Made by a program: the position numbers and the translations under genes. Below are positions 19,695-29,662 of a DNA stretch of 64,000 nucleotides, piece after piece. The stretch is taken from positions 10,242 to 74,241 of the forward strand of contig JAYTWK010000055.1 in NCBI GenBank assembly GCA_043743715.1, given 5' to 3'. Below the pieces are notes generated by a model, which ran no database searches, had not been told where the DNA came from, and was given only the letters and a program-made list of their open reading frames with translations. The DNA comes from a bacterium. Its GTDB lineage: Bacteria > Patescibacteriota > Minisyncoccia > Phycocordibacterales > UBA6899. The stretch's first letter is position 1. The number at the start of each line of letters is the position of its first letter.

Positions 19695-20246
19695 TTATTT
19701 TCTTGGGCTCTGATACTCGTCACGCAAAAGTCCGTACTTGAACATATCTTTCCACTCACCGTTCTTGTACATCTCATGGCGAAACCTTCCTTCCTCTTTA
19801 CATCCGAGTGCGAGCGCAAGCTTCTGCATGCCGACATTATCCTCTGACGTGCCGAGATAGATGCGGTGGAGGTTCAGCTGGTCAAATCCGTGCTCGACGA
19901 TGAGCGTCATCGCTTCTTTCCCGACGCCTTTACCCCAAAAGCTTTTGTCGCCGATAAGGATAGCAAATTCTGCCGATTGATTGGTCTTGTCAATATTCTG
20001 TAGACTGATGTTCCCGATATGCACATCGGTCGCTTTGTCACAAATAGCGAGGATGAGATTGTCGTGTGAAGCGATAGTACTCTCGTAATACGCGAGCATA
20101 TCTTCGTCGTACTGCGGGAAGCGATGGTGCGAATTAAATTCACAAATCTCCACATCATTGAACCAATCGCGATACTTCTCAGTAAGATCCTCCTTTCCGA
20201 TAGTTCGTAGGTAGATATTCGTACCTGAGAGAAATGGTTTTTTCAT
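19695..20246 (-). CDS. GNAT N-acetyltransferase (RimJ/RimL-like)
   Basis: HIGNISL, FWGKGVGKE, GFDQLNLHRI, EEG. Confidence 0.85.
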   Translation of the reverse strand: MKKPFLSGTNIYLRTIGKEDLTEKYRDWFNDVEICEFNSHHRFPQYDEDMLAYYESTIASHDNLILAICDKATDVHIGNISLQNIDKTNQSAEFAILIGDKSFWGKGVGKEAMTLIVEHGFDQLNLHRIYLGTSEDNVGMQKLALALGCKEEGRFRHEMYKNGEWKDMFKYGLLRDEYQSPRK

Positions 20247-20257
20247 GATGGGAAGAA

Positions 20258-21274
20258 TTACTTAGAGCCCTTCATCAATTCTTCCATGCGGTCAATGATG
20301 CGCAGCAGTTCTTCTTTTGGCATCGCATTCACTTCGCTATCACTTGAAAAATGGAAGTCAGGCGCGAGTTCTCTTCCTTTATCAAGAAATTTCTGGGCCT
20401 TCGTCCTGCTAAACAGATTAGTATTCTCCGGCAGTACCACATAATAATCACCGAAATCCACCGAATGGCGTGCTTCTTCGCGCGTGAGAAGTATTTCATG
20501 TACTTTCTCGCCCGGACGTATGCCAATGATATTGCGTTTTGCTTTGGGTGCAATAATATCGAACAGATCGGCGAGCTTCATTGTCGCCGCTTTCGGGATG
20601 AAGATCTCGCCTCCCTCCATATTCGTCAGCGCGAACAGCACTATTTCGAATGCCTTATCAAGATCAATCCAAAAACGTGTCATGCGCTCGTCGGTGATAT
20701 GCACGGTATGCGCACCCTTGTTCTGTATCAGTTTCTCAACGATGCTGCCGCGACTACCGACGACATTGCCGTAGCGCACAACACTAAAACGCGTTTGCCC
20801 GCCTCCATATGCATTGCCTGCAATAAATAGTTTTTCTGCGCAAAGTTTCGTAGAGCCGTAGAGATTTGCGGGCATCGCAGCTTTATCAGTCGATACCAGT
20901 ACTGCACGCTCTACACCCTGGTCGATAGCCGCTTCAATCACATTCTGACTGCCAAGGATATTGGTCTTCACCGCCTCGAACGGATTGTATTCAAGTGCGG
21001 GGACTTGCTTTAATGCTGCCGCATGCACCACAATGTCGACACCGTGGAACGCGCGCTGTAGTCGCGGTAGGTCGCGTACATCGCCCAAGAAGAAGCGCAA
21101 ACGCTCATCGGGAATCTCTGCCTCCATGACCGATTGCTTAAGTTCGTCGCGCGAAAACACGATGACCTTCTTGGGATCGCCATTCGCAAGGATATGCTTG
21201 ATGAAATTCTTTCCGAATGATCCTGTGCCGCCGGTGACGAGTACTGTCTTTCCTTTTACAATTTCTAAATCCAT
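20258..21274 (-). CDS. pseB: UDP-N-acetylglucosamine 4,6-dehydratase (inverting)
   Basis: TGGTGSFG, SRDELKQ, HAAALKQVPALEYNP, STDKA, VRYGNVVGSRGS, GIRPGEKVHE. Confidence 0.93.
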   Translation of the reverse strand: MDLEIVKGKTVLVTGGTGSFGKNFIKHILANGDPKKVIVFSRDELKQSVMEAEIPDERLRFFLGDVRDLPRLQRAFHGVDIVVHAAALKQVPALEYNPFEAVKTNILGSQNVIEAAIDQGVERAVLVSTDKAAMPANLYGSTKLCAEKLFIAGNAYGGGQTRFSVVRYGNVVGSRGSIVEKLIQNKGAHTVHITDERMTRFWIDLDKAFEIVLFALTNMEGGEIFIPKAATMKLADLFDIIAPKAKRNIIGIRPGEKVHEILLTREEARHSVDFGDYYVVLPENTNLFSRTKAQKFLDKGRELAPDFHFSSDSEVNAMPKEELLRIIDRMEELMKGSK

Positions 21275-21303
21275 AGTGTTCCCATATTACTGACGAATAA
21301 TCC

Positions 21304-22260
21304 TTAAATCAAGCGCGCTGCGCTTTTGGCATTTCTTACACGGATGATGTCTTCGAACGGCAGCGGGGCCTTTTGTTTCCCCAGGAGTGTAATGCTGATG
21401 GTCCGGATCCCACAGAGTACCGAAAGCACCATCGCAACGGTCTCAGTACCGATAACTACCTTTGCAGAAAGAAAGTCGCGGACGATATCTTTTTCTTTTG
21501 ATTTCTCGATAATGACCGTGCGAGCATAATGTTTGATTAAGTCATCGTAGCGCGTGTGGTCATCAGCTGGGTGGAAACGAAGCCGTATGTGATGAGGGGC
21601 TTTTTGTCGAGGAAGATTTGCCAGTAGTTCTCCAAATATCTCCTCCATGCCAGCTACCGCGTCGCTTAAAAACAGTACACCATGGGGACGAGCCGACCCT
21701 AACTTCTCTTTTGTATATCGTTCCTTGACCGCCCTAAAATACTGATTCGGCATGTAGCGAACACTTATCTTCGGAAAGAATTTTTTTGCCAGGAGAAGTG
21801 CGGGGCGATCCCCCACCCAGATTTGATCAGGTAGTCTATCTCTCCAGTTTTTTTCAGGATAACCGAATCGTTCGCGAAAATTTGACCATGACTCGAGGTA
21901 CACCACACTCTTTAGCCCCTTCATTCGAGCCAGAAGAAGTGCTGTAGATTCAATCTTCGTCATCCAGCCACTCCCAAAGAGTGCATAAGAAACGTCGAGA
22001 TGCTGGTCAATCACCAATGCGATCACTCGTCGCTCTTTTGTGACGCGTGAAATAGTTATTCCCTCACGCTGGAATATCTTTACTGCGGGTCCAGCAGCAT
22101 ATACATGAAACTCATTTTTGTCTCTTCGTGCTCGTATGTGGGCAGCAATGATCTCAGCTCCTCCCGCATCATGGGCGATGACAAGAACCTGCGGCAAAAG
22201 TGAAGCAGGTTTCGCGCTTGGATGTCGCGATCCTATGTGAAGTGATTTCTCTTTTTTCAT
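21304..22260 (-). CDS. Glycan-locus protein, probable GT-B fold
   Basis: HDAGGAEII, PDQIWVGD, LRFHP, VVIG; start set at ATG 22260. Confidence 0.6.
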   Translation of the reverse strand: MKKEKSLHIGSRHPSAKPASLLPQVLVIAHDAGGAEIIAAHIRARRDKNEFHVYAAGPAVKIFQREGITISRVTKERRVIALVIDQHLDVSYALFGSGWMTKIESTALLLARMKGLKSVVYLESWSNFRERFGYPEKNWRDRLPDQIWVGDRPALLLAKKFFPKISVRYMPNQYFRAVKERYTKEKLGSARPHGVLFLSDAVAGMEEIFGELLANLPRQKAPHHIRLRFHPADDHTRYDDLIKHYARTVIIEKSKEKDIVRDFLSAKVVIGTETVAMVLSVLCGIRTISITLLGKQKAPLPFEDIIRVRNAKSAARLI

Positions 22261-22285
22261 ATCTCGCGTGTATGCAGAATGAACA

Positions 22286-22954
22286 TTAGCGTTCAAAATG
22301 TATCTCCTCACCACTCACTCCCTTACTCTCGAGCTGTGACCGCATTGCGCCGACAAACTCCGTCCCTCCACAAATATAGAATCCCGCTTGACTATCTCCG
22401 CATCCGGAAAGAAATTTTGTACTCTCCTCTTCATCAGTAACAATATTGTATTTAAAATGTGGGTGCAAATCTGCAAGTCCACGTAGCTCCTCGAGCAATT
22501 CGTCGTAACCTTCAGGCTCTTTGTAGAAGAGTAGCTGCACTGGCTCTTCGGTGGTACGTTTTTTTAGAAGTTCAAGAATCATGGGAATGATCGGTGCGAT
22601 TCCCGCACCCGCACAGATGAACACCGCTGGCTGTTCTTTCTCTTCAAGCACGAAATTTCCCTTTGGCATACTTCCTCGTATCTTCTCATTGAGAGCAACT
22701 CTCGAGAAAAAATTAGAAGCAAGACCTCCGGCACGCATCTTAATGATGACGTCGATGACTCCTTTTTCAGGATGAGAGGCAATAGAAAATGAGCGTTCTT
22801 TAATTTCCTTTCCATCTGGAATGAGCAGTGTGAGGTACTGCCCTGGATGAAAATCAAAATTAATCCCATCAACAAGGATAAGCTCACACAAGAGTACATC
22901 TTTCGCGATCATGCGTTTCTGTGCAACTCGTAGTACTAAAGGGAAATCTTTCAT
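22286..22954 (-). CDS. FAD/NAD(P)-binding oxidoreductase (FNR family)
   Basis: FHPGQY, RSFSIAS, GLAS, CAGAGIAP, FYICG, IHFE. Confidence 0.87.
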   Translation of the reverse strand: MKDFPLVLRVAQKRMIAKDVLLCELILVDGINFDFHPGQYLTLLIPDGKEIKERSFSIASHPEKGVIDVIIKMRAGGLASNFFSRVALNEKIRGSMPKGNFVLEEKEQPAVFICAGAGIAPIIPMILELLKKRTTEEPVQLLFYKEPEGYDELLEELRGLADLHPHFKYNIVTDEEESTKFLSGCGDSQAGFYICGGTEFVGAMRSQLESKGVSGEEIHFER

Positions 22955-22958
22955 GTTG

Positions 22959-23831
22959 CTATCTGAGGTTATTTTTCCACTCTACAAGGAATGGAAATCT
23001 TCTTTTAATCTCATTCTTCAACATCTCTTTGCCTTTGAGTAATCCTACTGCACCAGAAGGTGGCTGGGTATGATTCCCGCAGATGATATTGCCTTGATTA
23101 TCTACCTGTCCAAAATACGAAACCAGGATATGCCCTGGGTGTTGGATGGTCATACCCCCGTGTCCTTCAGTTTTCTTCAAGAATTCGATCCCTTCTTGCC
23201 CAAAGTGTCCACCAATACTGAGCGAAGCACAACCGAACGGTGGAATTTTAAAGGGCTTGCCAACAAGTATATCTCCAGAGAGATTGCTGAGCTTCGGAAC
23301 AAGCTCGACTGAATCTTCATAGGACATGTCTGAGGAGTGATTGATAATAATGTTGAAGGTATCAAGTTCCCCCCCCTTCACCACGACCGGACAGAACATA
23401 AAAAAATTCTTCTTTGATCTGTCTGGTCCTGCATTGACCTCATTAAATGGCCCAATCGCAAACAGTGTCCCACCTGAAGCTGAGTTCCAGTGGAGTGCGA
23501 GATCCTTTGAAGTGAGCGTCTTTTTATTGAATTTTTCACCGCTCACACAAAGTAATATCGTACCCTCTACGATCGCGTCACTAAAACGCTTCTCAATTTC
23601 ATCAGTATCGAGCACAAGCGACTCACTCGGCATAAGTGTTCTTTGGATAATCTGGTGCTTTCTCGTCATGATCCCTTCGGGCGGGAATATGACTGCAGAT
23701 ATCTCTTCGACTCCAGACGAATCATTCTGATAGATAAATAAGCTCTTCGTCTTATCTTTCGGTATACGAAAATATCCAGAGAAGAAAAAATTCGATGGTG
23801 GGATGGTGAGCTCAGGTTTCATAAGCATCAA
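22959..23831 (-). CDS. Hypothetical protein
   Basis: 290-aa ORF tightly coupled to both neighbours. Confidence 0.7.
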   Translation of the reverse strand: MMLMKPELTIPPSNFFFSGYFRIPKDKTKSLFIYQNDSSGVEEISAVIFPPEGIMTRKHQIIQRTLMPSESLVLDTDEIEKRFSDAIVEGTILLCVSGEKFNKKTLTSKDLALHWNSASGGTLFAIGPFNEVNAGPDRSKKNFFMFCPVVVKGGELDTFNIIINHSSDMSYEDSVELVPKLSNLSGDILVGKPFKIPPFGCASLSIGGHFGQEGIEFLKKTEGHGGMTIQHPGHILVSYFGQVDNQGNIICGNHTQPPSGAVGLLKGKEMLKNEIKRRFPFLVEWKNNLR

Positions 23832-24628
23832 AGGTGGTCCCCCTTAAAGGTCTCGGCGCCTTCCATAATGATCAGCGGTTTTCCGAGAATATTTGTTCCA
23901 CTCATCCGAATGCTAAATGGCTCATTGCCAATATGAGCGCCAAGGTGAGGTTCAATGTCAAAGAGGTTAACTTTGTTAGCACCAAGCGAGGTTTCAATGT
24001 TGGGAAGAGTAAGCGAGAGCGACTCACGTTTTGCATTGATGACTGCGAGCGACATGGACGCACTACTTCCTCTCAATTGTGAACCATTCGCATAAAGAAG
24101 ATTTGGAGTACTGTCTTCCGGAAGCATGAGACCGGTCGAAGTCCGGTCATACTCATAAAAACTCGCGGTGGGAAAACCGAGACTATGCATCAGTATCTTG
24201 TGTGTCCTCCCTTTGGTCCTTCTGGTAAGTTCAGTGAAGAAAATCGTTCCAAACGGCTTACTTGCGGTGTACTCTTTGTCATCAAATGCAATCTTCACCC
24301 ACAGTATACCGAATGCGCCATATTTCTTTTCATCAGAGAGCGTGATAACCGCGCCAGCACTTCCATGGAGTGTTCCTGTTTTTGTTTCGATCTTGTTTCC
24401 ACTTGCACTAAAAATATCAACCGACCACTTTGCTCCGGCGTCACTCGAATCGGTAAGCAATGGGAAATAGTTCTGTATGTATATCCGAGTCTCAAACGCT
24501 GTACCGCAAACGAAATACGAAATAGCCCCAACTGGATTAAAAAAAATCTTCGGCAAAAGAACATCAGTCAGTTTCTTTTTTCTGACATGCTGACGAAAGA
24601 TGAAATGCGCGTTTTTGCCTATGTTCAT
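23828..24628 (-). CDS. Hypothetical protein
   Basis: ORF in operon; start set at ATG 24628 to avoid overlap. Confidence 0.7.
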   Translation of the reverse strand: MNIGKNAHFIFRQHVRKKKLTDVLLPKIFFNPVGAISYFVCGTAFETRIYIQNYFPLLTDSSDAGAKWSVDIFSASGNKIETKTGTLHGSAGAVITLSDEKKYGAFGILWVKIAFDDKEYTASKPFGTIFFTELTRRTKGRTHKILMHSLGFPTASFYEYDRTSTGLMLPEDSTPNLLYANGSQLRGSSASMSLAVINAKRESLSLTLPNIETSLGANKVNLFDIEPHLGAHIGNEPFSIRMSGTNILGKPLIIMEGAETFKGDHL

Positions 24629-24647
24629 AGCATAATTATTCCGTTCT

Positions 24648-25451
24648 TTACTTCTTAAGTTGGAACACAAGCCTCGTCTTGCGCCCAGGAGTATGATCGA
24701 CATCATCTCTCCAGAATACATGACCGACTTGCTCGCCGAACAGTGACAGCACACCAGCGATATCACACACCGTGCCTGTACTGTATCCCACCTCCTCGGT
24801 GTATGTCAGTGAACAAGCAATCAGCGCTCCCGGTTTCGATACGCGCACAATCTCTTTGATAGCTTTCGGAAGATCGTAGGCGTAGCGCAGTACCCATGCA
24901 CAGTTGACGGTGTCGAACGTATTGTCATGAAAGGTCATCTCGTGGAGATCCATGATCAGAATACTCGGGCAATAGGTGAAGAGATCGATGCCGACAACAT
25001 CTTTGAATCCGTGCGCCTTAAAGAGAAGTAGTTCGCCTTCGTTCTTCGGTCCAATTGAAAGGGTCTTTCCATTCTTGTTTGCATGAGCTGAAATCAAGAG
25101 ATAGAGAAGTGACTCAGCGCGACGGGAAAACCGGAACACATCGAACTTATTCCAAAAATTGTGATCAATGACGTTGACGTTGTGCTTTGACTGCTCAGTC
25201 ACGGAAATGACGTCAAACACGAAACCGCGACGCGCAAGGAAATACATCGCTCGTAGACCGTACACCGCCTGCAGAACCATTCTCCCCTGCATGAGGTATT
25301 CACGGAAAGAACCTATAAACAGGGGGCGCTCGGGGTAGACGAGCATCTTTATCATCAATTTCAGTCCGCCTTTTCCTGCGAGCCGGAGCGCCTCATGTAG
25401 CGTCACTTTCATCGGAAGCATACTCTCCTCCTTCTTATTGATTGTTTCCAT
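24648..25451 (-). CDS. Methyltransferase-fold protein
   Basis: LSIGP, VGIDL, MDLHEMTFHDNTFD, KEIVRVSKPG. Confidence 0.75.
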   Translation of the reverse strand: METINKKEESMLPMKVTLHEALRLAGKGGLKLMIKMLVYPERPLFIGSFREYLMQGRMVLQAVYGLRAMYFLARRGFVFDVISVTEQSKHNVNVIDHNFWNKFDVFRFSRRAESLLYLLISAHANKNGKTLSIGPKNEGELLLFKAHGFKDVVGIDLFTYCPSILIMDLHEMTFHDNTFDTVNCAWVLRYAYDLPKAIKEIVRVSKPGALIACSLTYTEEVGYSTGTVCDIAGVLSLFGEQVGHVFWRDDVDHTPGRKTRLVFQLKK

Positions 25452-25520
25452 GTAGAGAACATGTTACCCTAGCCAAATATTCTAAGCAAATGGGCGTTGT
25501 GGCGAAATTATTCATCCAAA

Positions 25521-26840
25521 TTACTTAATTTCAGTGCGCCCTCGATAGACCTTGTGAAAGGCAGAGACTACGTCATCAAGATCACCTTTGGTCATTCCGG
25601 GGCGCATCAGTTCGTGCAGAAATAATTCCGTATAGTGCATCCGCTCAGTGACCGGACACATGCCTTTTTCGTACTTCGCTACGCCTTTATAGAATTCCGA
25701 GCGGAACGGAAAACCCTTTGAACCAAATGCAATCTGTTTCTGAAATATCGGTTGAAGGTAGAGCGGTTTTACATAACCACCGGAGATGAGCGGTCCGTCT
25801 GATTCACGCAAGAGAGACGCAGGGAGTTCTGCGCGTACCGCCTCGAGGAATTTATCGCGCGGAACCCCAACGACCTTTTCATCGTAATGAAATGCCTGCA
25901 CATAATATGCATGGGTTGCACTGTCGCGTACTTTTGCCGGTCTGATACCGGGCATATCTGAAAGTTTCTCAGCGAAATATGCCGCGTTCTTCTGGCGCTC
26001 GGTGATGAGCCCGTCGAGTTTCTTCAGCTGTTCACGACCTATTGCCGCATGAATCTCAGTCATACGATAATTCTGTCCGACCATGTTCACAAGATTGGTA
26101 ACACCCTTATCTTCAACCACAGCTTCAGCATGATTACGGATAAGCTGAAGCCGCTCGGCAAACAGTTCATTGTCGGTGACCACCACAGTCCCCTCTCCGG
26201 TGTGAATATGTTTGTGATAGTTGAGCGAGTACACGCCGATGTCCGCGAGGGTGCCGGCAAACTTCCCTTTGTACATTGCACCCGGTGCCTGAGCACAATC
26301 TTCGATGACGATGAGGTTATGCTTCTTGGCGATGGCATTTATTGTCTCGGCATCATATGGCTGACCCAAGATATCGACCACCAAGATGGCTTTGGTGCGG
26401 GGTGTGATTGCATTCTCGACCGATACCGGGTCAAGGCAAAAATATTCAGGTTCGATATCAGCGAAGACCGGTACTGCTCCGTAAAAGAGTGCGGCGGTCG
26501 CAGACGCTATCATGGTGTACGGCGAAACGATCACCTCATCCCCCGGCTCGATTCCTGCAGCTCCTATGGCGGCAATAAGTCCCGAGGTTGCAGAATTCAT
26601 CGATACAGCGTACTTGGCGCCAAATTTTTCCGCCCACTCTTTCTCGAACGCCTGTACTTCACTGCCTCCATAGAAATCGGGGTCCCAGCATCCGAGATAC
26701 TTCGAGAGTACTCCCGAGTCGAGGACACGCACGGCAGCCTCTTTTTCTTCCTTGCCGATGGTATTGTAGCCTGGGAAGAGTTTATCTTTGCTGCGCACCG
26801 GAGTGCCGCCGTTTATTGCAAGTTCTGACGTGTCTGACAT
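25521..26840 (-). CDS. DegT/DnrJ/EryC1/StrS aminotransferase
   Basis: NSATSGL, IEDCAQA, SLNYHKHIHTGEG, GQNYRMTE. Confidence 0.9.
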   Translation of the reverse strand: MSDTSELAINGGTPVRSKDKLFPGYNTIGKEEKEAAVRVLDSGVLSKYLGCWDPDFYGGSEVQAFEKEWAEKFGAKYAVSMNSATSGLIAAIGAAGIEPGDEVIVSPYTMIASATAALFYGAVPVFADIEPEYFCLDPVSVENAITPRTKAILVVDILGQPYDAETINAIAKKHNLIVIEDCAQAPGAMYKGKFAGTLADIGVYSLNYHKHIHTGEGTVVVTDNELFAERLQLIRNHAEAVVEDKGVTNLVNMVGQNYRMTEIHAAIGREQLKKLDGLITERQKNAAYFAEKLSDMPGIRPAKVRDSATHAYYVQAFHYDEKVVGVPRDKFLEAVRAELPASLLRESDGPLISGGYVKPLYLQPIFQKQIAFGSKGFPFRSEFYKGVAKYEKGMCPVTERMHYTELFLHELMRPGMTKGDLDDVVSAFHKVYRGRTEIK

Positions 26841-26851
26841 GATAATGAGAG

Positions 26852-27829
26852 TTATTTAGCTGAGGCGAGTAATCTGAGTGATGTCTGCTGCGTTTGTATT
26901 GCTTCAGAAAGTGTAGACATGGGCTTTACTTTCTTATCGAGGAGGAGTGCCGCATGGGTATAGAGGTGTTCAAACATATGATCAAGCCCTGTTTTCATTG
27001 TGACCGGTTTTGCGAGTGCACGAAATCCTTTGTACATCGGATCAGGTACTACATCCTGCATTGTTACCTCAAAACCAAAGTTGGTGAAGTGGATACGTTT
27101 TTTTTCCGTGTATATCTCAAGCTCAAACACCGAATATGCCTTTTCGTCTCCGGTCATTATTGAGAACTGAGGACAATGTTCAAACGTCGCAAATCCTGAA
27201 ACACTGGGAGCTGTTTTGGAATGATCAAGGGTTTTTGAAAGTCCCTTGATGCTTTTGAGTTTGCCGAAGAAGAAATGAGCTAAATCGAAGAGATGCGGGC
27301 CATTGTGCAGTATGCCGTTGGTATAGATGCCGTTCGCAGATATCACATTGCCGTATGTACCCTTACGAAGCGCACCCTGCACCTCGTGCACAACAGGGTC
27401 GAAGTGGCGAGAAAAATTGACCAGAGTCGGAATTTTCATCGGCATCACTCTCTCGGTGAGGCGCTTAAGTTCCTGTGTCGACATTCCAACAGGTTTTTCG
27501 CAAATGATAAGCTTTGGTCTTTCGAGTGAAACTTCCTCAAGCAGTTTCGCATGCGTATCATCAGGAGTTGTAATCACAACGATATCCGGACGCTCTGCGA
27601 GCATGCTCTTCAAATCAGGATAGAACTTGGTTTTCCATTTATCTGCCTCGTGCTTCCCGGCAGTTTTGTCGACCTGGTTTGTCATGCCGATAAGCCTCAC
27701 GCGGGGATGGACGGTAAGTGCATGTGCATGCGTAAGTATCGCTTTCGACTTCGGATCATCAAACGTCGACGCTATTCTCCCGCTGCCGATAATAGCTGCG
27801 GTATAGATTTTAAAGTGTTTAGAGTTCAT
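26852..27829 (-). CDS. Gfo/Idh/MocA oxidoreductase
   Basis: IIGSGRIA, ICEKP, GILHNGPHLFD. Confidence 0.85.
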   Translation of the reverse strand: MNSKHFKIYTAAIIGSGRIASTFDDPKSKAILTHAHALTVHPRVRLIGMTNQVDKTAGKHEADKWKTKFYPDLKSMLAERPDIVVITTPDDTHAKLLEEVSLERPKLIICEKPVGMSTQELKRLTERVMPMKIPTLVNFSRHFDPVVHEVQGALRKGTYGNVISANGIYTNGILHNGPHLFDLAHFFFGKLKSIKGLSKTLDHSKTAPSVSGFATFEHCPQFSIMTGDEKAYSVFELEIYTEKKRIHFTNFGFEVTMQDVVPDPMYKGFRALAKPVTMKTGLDHMFEHLYTHAALLLDKKVKPMSTLSEAIQTQQTSLRLLASAK

Positions 27830-28586
27830 ATGCTTTTTTTTGCTTGGTTTCTGCATTGATGGCGACGACCTCGGGATGATTCCGTAAATACTTTACGATA
27901 GCAGTTGCTGAGAAGTATGGATCCTGCGGCAGTAATGCATCGGCGACCGCGCATAGTGCTTTGTAGTCATTCTCCTCATCGAGCGTCATGCGTAGGTCAG
28001 GACCATACGTGTCTTGGTCAGCTTCAAAATTGTAGCAGCGGAAACGGTCCTTGTGGGTGTAAATATAGTATGAAACATGCGTGCGGTCTACTGGGTCTTT
28101 TGTAAGTGTGTCGACCTCAGCAAGTGCCTTAGTCGAAAACACCTGTACATCGAATCCGTTGGCGAATGTCTGATGGTCGGGCTCGGTTGTGTTGCCAACA
28201 TAATCCACCTCATGTTCGAAGTATTCCGATATCCCCCGGTCAACGATTTCCGCGTCCATAAACGGGCAGTCAGAAGTAATTTCGACGATCACATCTGCAT
28301 GTGCATATGTAGCTGCACCAAGTACACGTCCGAGTACGTCTTCTTCACTGCCGCGGAATACTGAAACACCGAGATGCTCTCCGAGCATGACTATCGGCTC
28401 GTCGGCGGCATTCACGGTGGTTGCAATACATATACCGTCGAGGTATCTGCTCTGCCTTAGGCGCATGATGAGCATCTCAAGCGCAGGCATTCCCGCAATG
28501 GGGCGCAGCACCTTCCCCGGCAAGCGCGATGAGGTCATGCGCGCTTCGATGGTCGCAATGATGCGTTCATTCTGTTTCTTGTACAT
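27819..28586 (-). CDS. Second SpsF-type cytidylyltransferase-family protein
   Basis: EARMTSSRLPGKVL, RGSEEDVLGR, ITSDCP, RMTLDE. Confidence 0.85.
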   Translation of the reverse strand: MYKKQNERIIATIEARMTSSRLPGKVLRPIAGMPALEMLIMRLRQSRYLDGICIATTVNAADEPIVMLGEHLGVSVFRGSEEDVLGRVLGAATYAHADVIVEITSDCPFMDAEIVDRGISEYFEHEVDYVGNTTEPDHQTFANGFDVQVFSTKALAEVDTLTKDPVDRTHVSYYIYTHKDRFRCYNFEADQDTYGPDLRMTLDEENDYKALCAVADALLPQDPYFSATAIVKYLRNHPEVVAINAETKQKKAYEL

Positions 28587-29646
28587 GGTCGTTTTGATCT
28601 ATAACTTTTATATAACCGTCTCTGAACGCCTCTGTTTCTTTGAGAAAAAGTGCTTTGCTGTAATACCTCACTCCGCGCGATTCATCGACAAATGTCCCGC
28701 CGAAGCCGCGTTTGAAGCGGGCGATGTTCTTGATCTTATCGTCAGTAATATATCCGAACTGTGCTGAAGGATTAGCAGGCTGTCCGACATCTATCCATTT
28801 CACTCCCTTGTTTTGAAAATATTCCATCGCACTCCACATGAGGATGTGATAGAGCGGGAGATGAGTCATCTCTGGGTCAGCTGCGGCGGATGCATAAACC
28901 GCCTTATCCTCGTACATCTCATAGTATGCATAGGCGATAACTTTCCCTTTGTATCTGACCCCACAGAGTATCGCATTGCCGTCGGTGAGTTTTTTGTATT
29001 GTGAGTCGAACGAATCTTTTGAGCGAGTCACACGACCAGCGTCAATACGATGCAGTTCACGGTATTCTTCGTGCAGGTCATAATCCGAATGCATCTTATC
29101 GACAACAAACCGCACGTAGTCAGGATTTTTGAGTACGGTTTTAATATCCGAACGGTGTCCCCTTCGGGAGTGCCTAAGGAGATCGCCCGGGAGTGTAAGG
29201 TCGATGAGATAGGTGAGGAATGAATCATCAAGGTAATCGTGCGCGAGCAAGAAGTTGTACGGATACGATGCTTTGAGGAGCGGATCGATAACGAACATAG
29301 TCTTGGCTACGTTTTGCGTGCGGGCTACTTTGTCTATATAACCCATCAACTCTTTACGTGCAAAGTCACTGGTGAAGAGCGGTGCCATGGTATGTCTTCC
29401 ACTGAAACTGATGCTGCGCACTCCGTCTTTTTCTTCTATTGGTAAGAATACCGCGCCGACCGGTTCGTTGTTTTGAATAACTACTGCACTTTCATCAACT
29501 TTCAGTAATTCGCGGCTTTCCGACATCTCGATAAAATTCCGTATCGCGCTCTGCATGTATCTGGGGCCTGCTGATGTGCGCAGGACGAGTGTATCCCAAT
29601 GCTTCCAGAATATTTCCTCCTGCTCTTTCTTTTTTATGAGTTCCAT
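28567..29646 (-). CDS. FemAB-like/GNAT-domain protein
   Basis: TYLIDL, RRGHRSDIK, YASAA, IARFKRGFGG. Confidence 0.75.
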   Translation of the reverse strand: MELIKKKEQEEIFWKHWDTLVLRTSAGPRYMQSAIRNFIEMSESRELLKVDESAVVIQNNEPVGAVFLPIEEKDGVRSISFSGRHTMAPLFTSDFARKELMGYIDKVARTQNVAKTMFVIDPLLKASYPYNFLLAHDYLDDSFLTYLIDLTLPGDLLRHSRRGHRSDIKTVLKNPDYVRFVVDKMHSDYDLHEEYRELHRIDAGRVTRSKDSFDSQYKKLTDGNAILCGVRYKGKVIAYAYYEMYEDKAVYASAAADPEMTHLPLYHILMWSAMEYFQNKGVKWIDVGQPANPSAQFGYITDDKIKNIARFKRGFGGTFVDESRGVRYYSKALFLKETEAFRDGYIKVIDQNDHVQETE

Positions 29647-29662
29647 ATGATTATGCGTTTGG

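Noticed and set aside
22286-26840. E1/E3-type 3-deoxygenation pair (DegT-like plus reductase)
   Set aside because: The DegT protein retains the Schiff-base Lys (NYHKH) and the reductase has no 2Fe-2S domain
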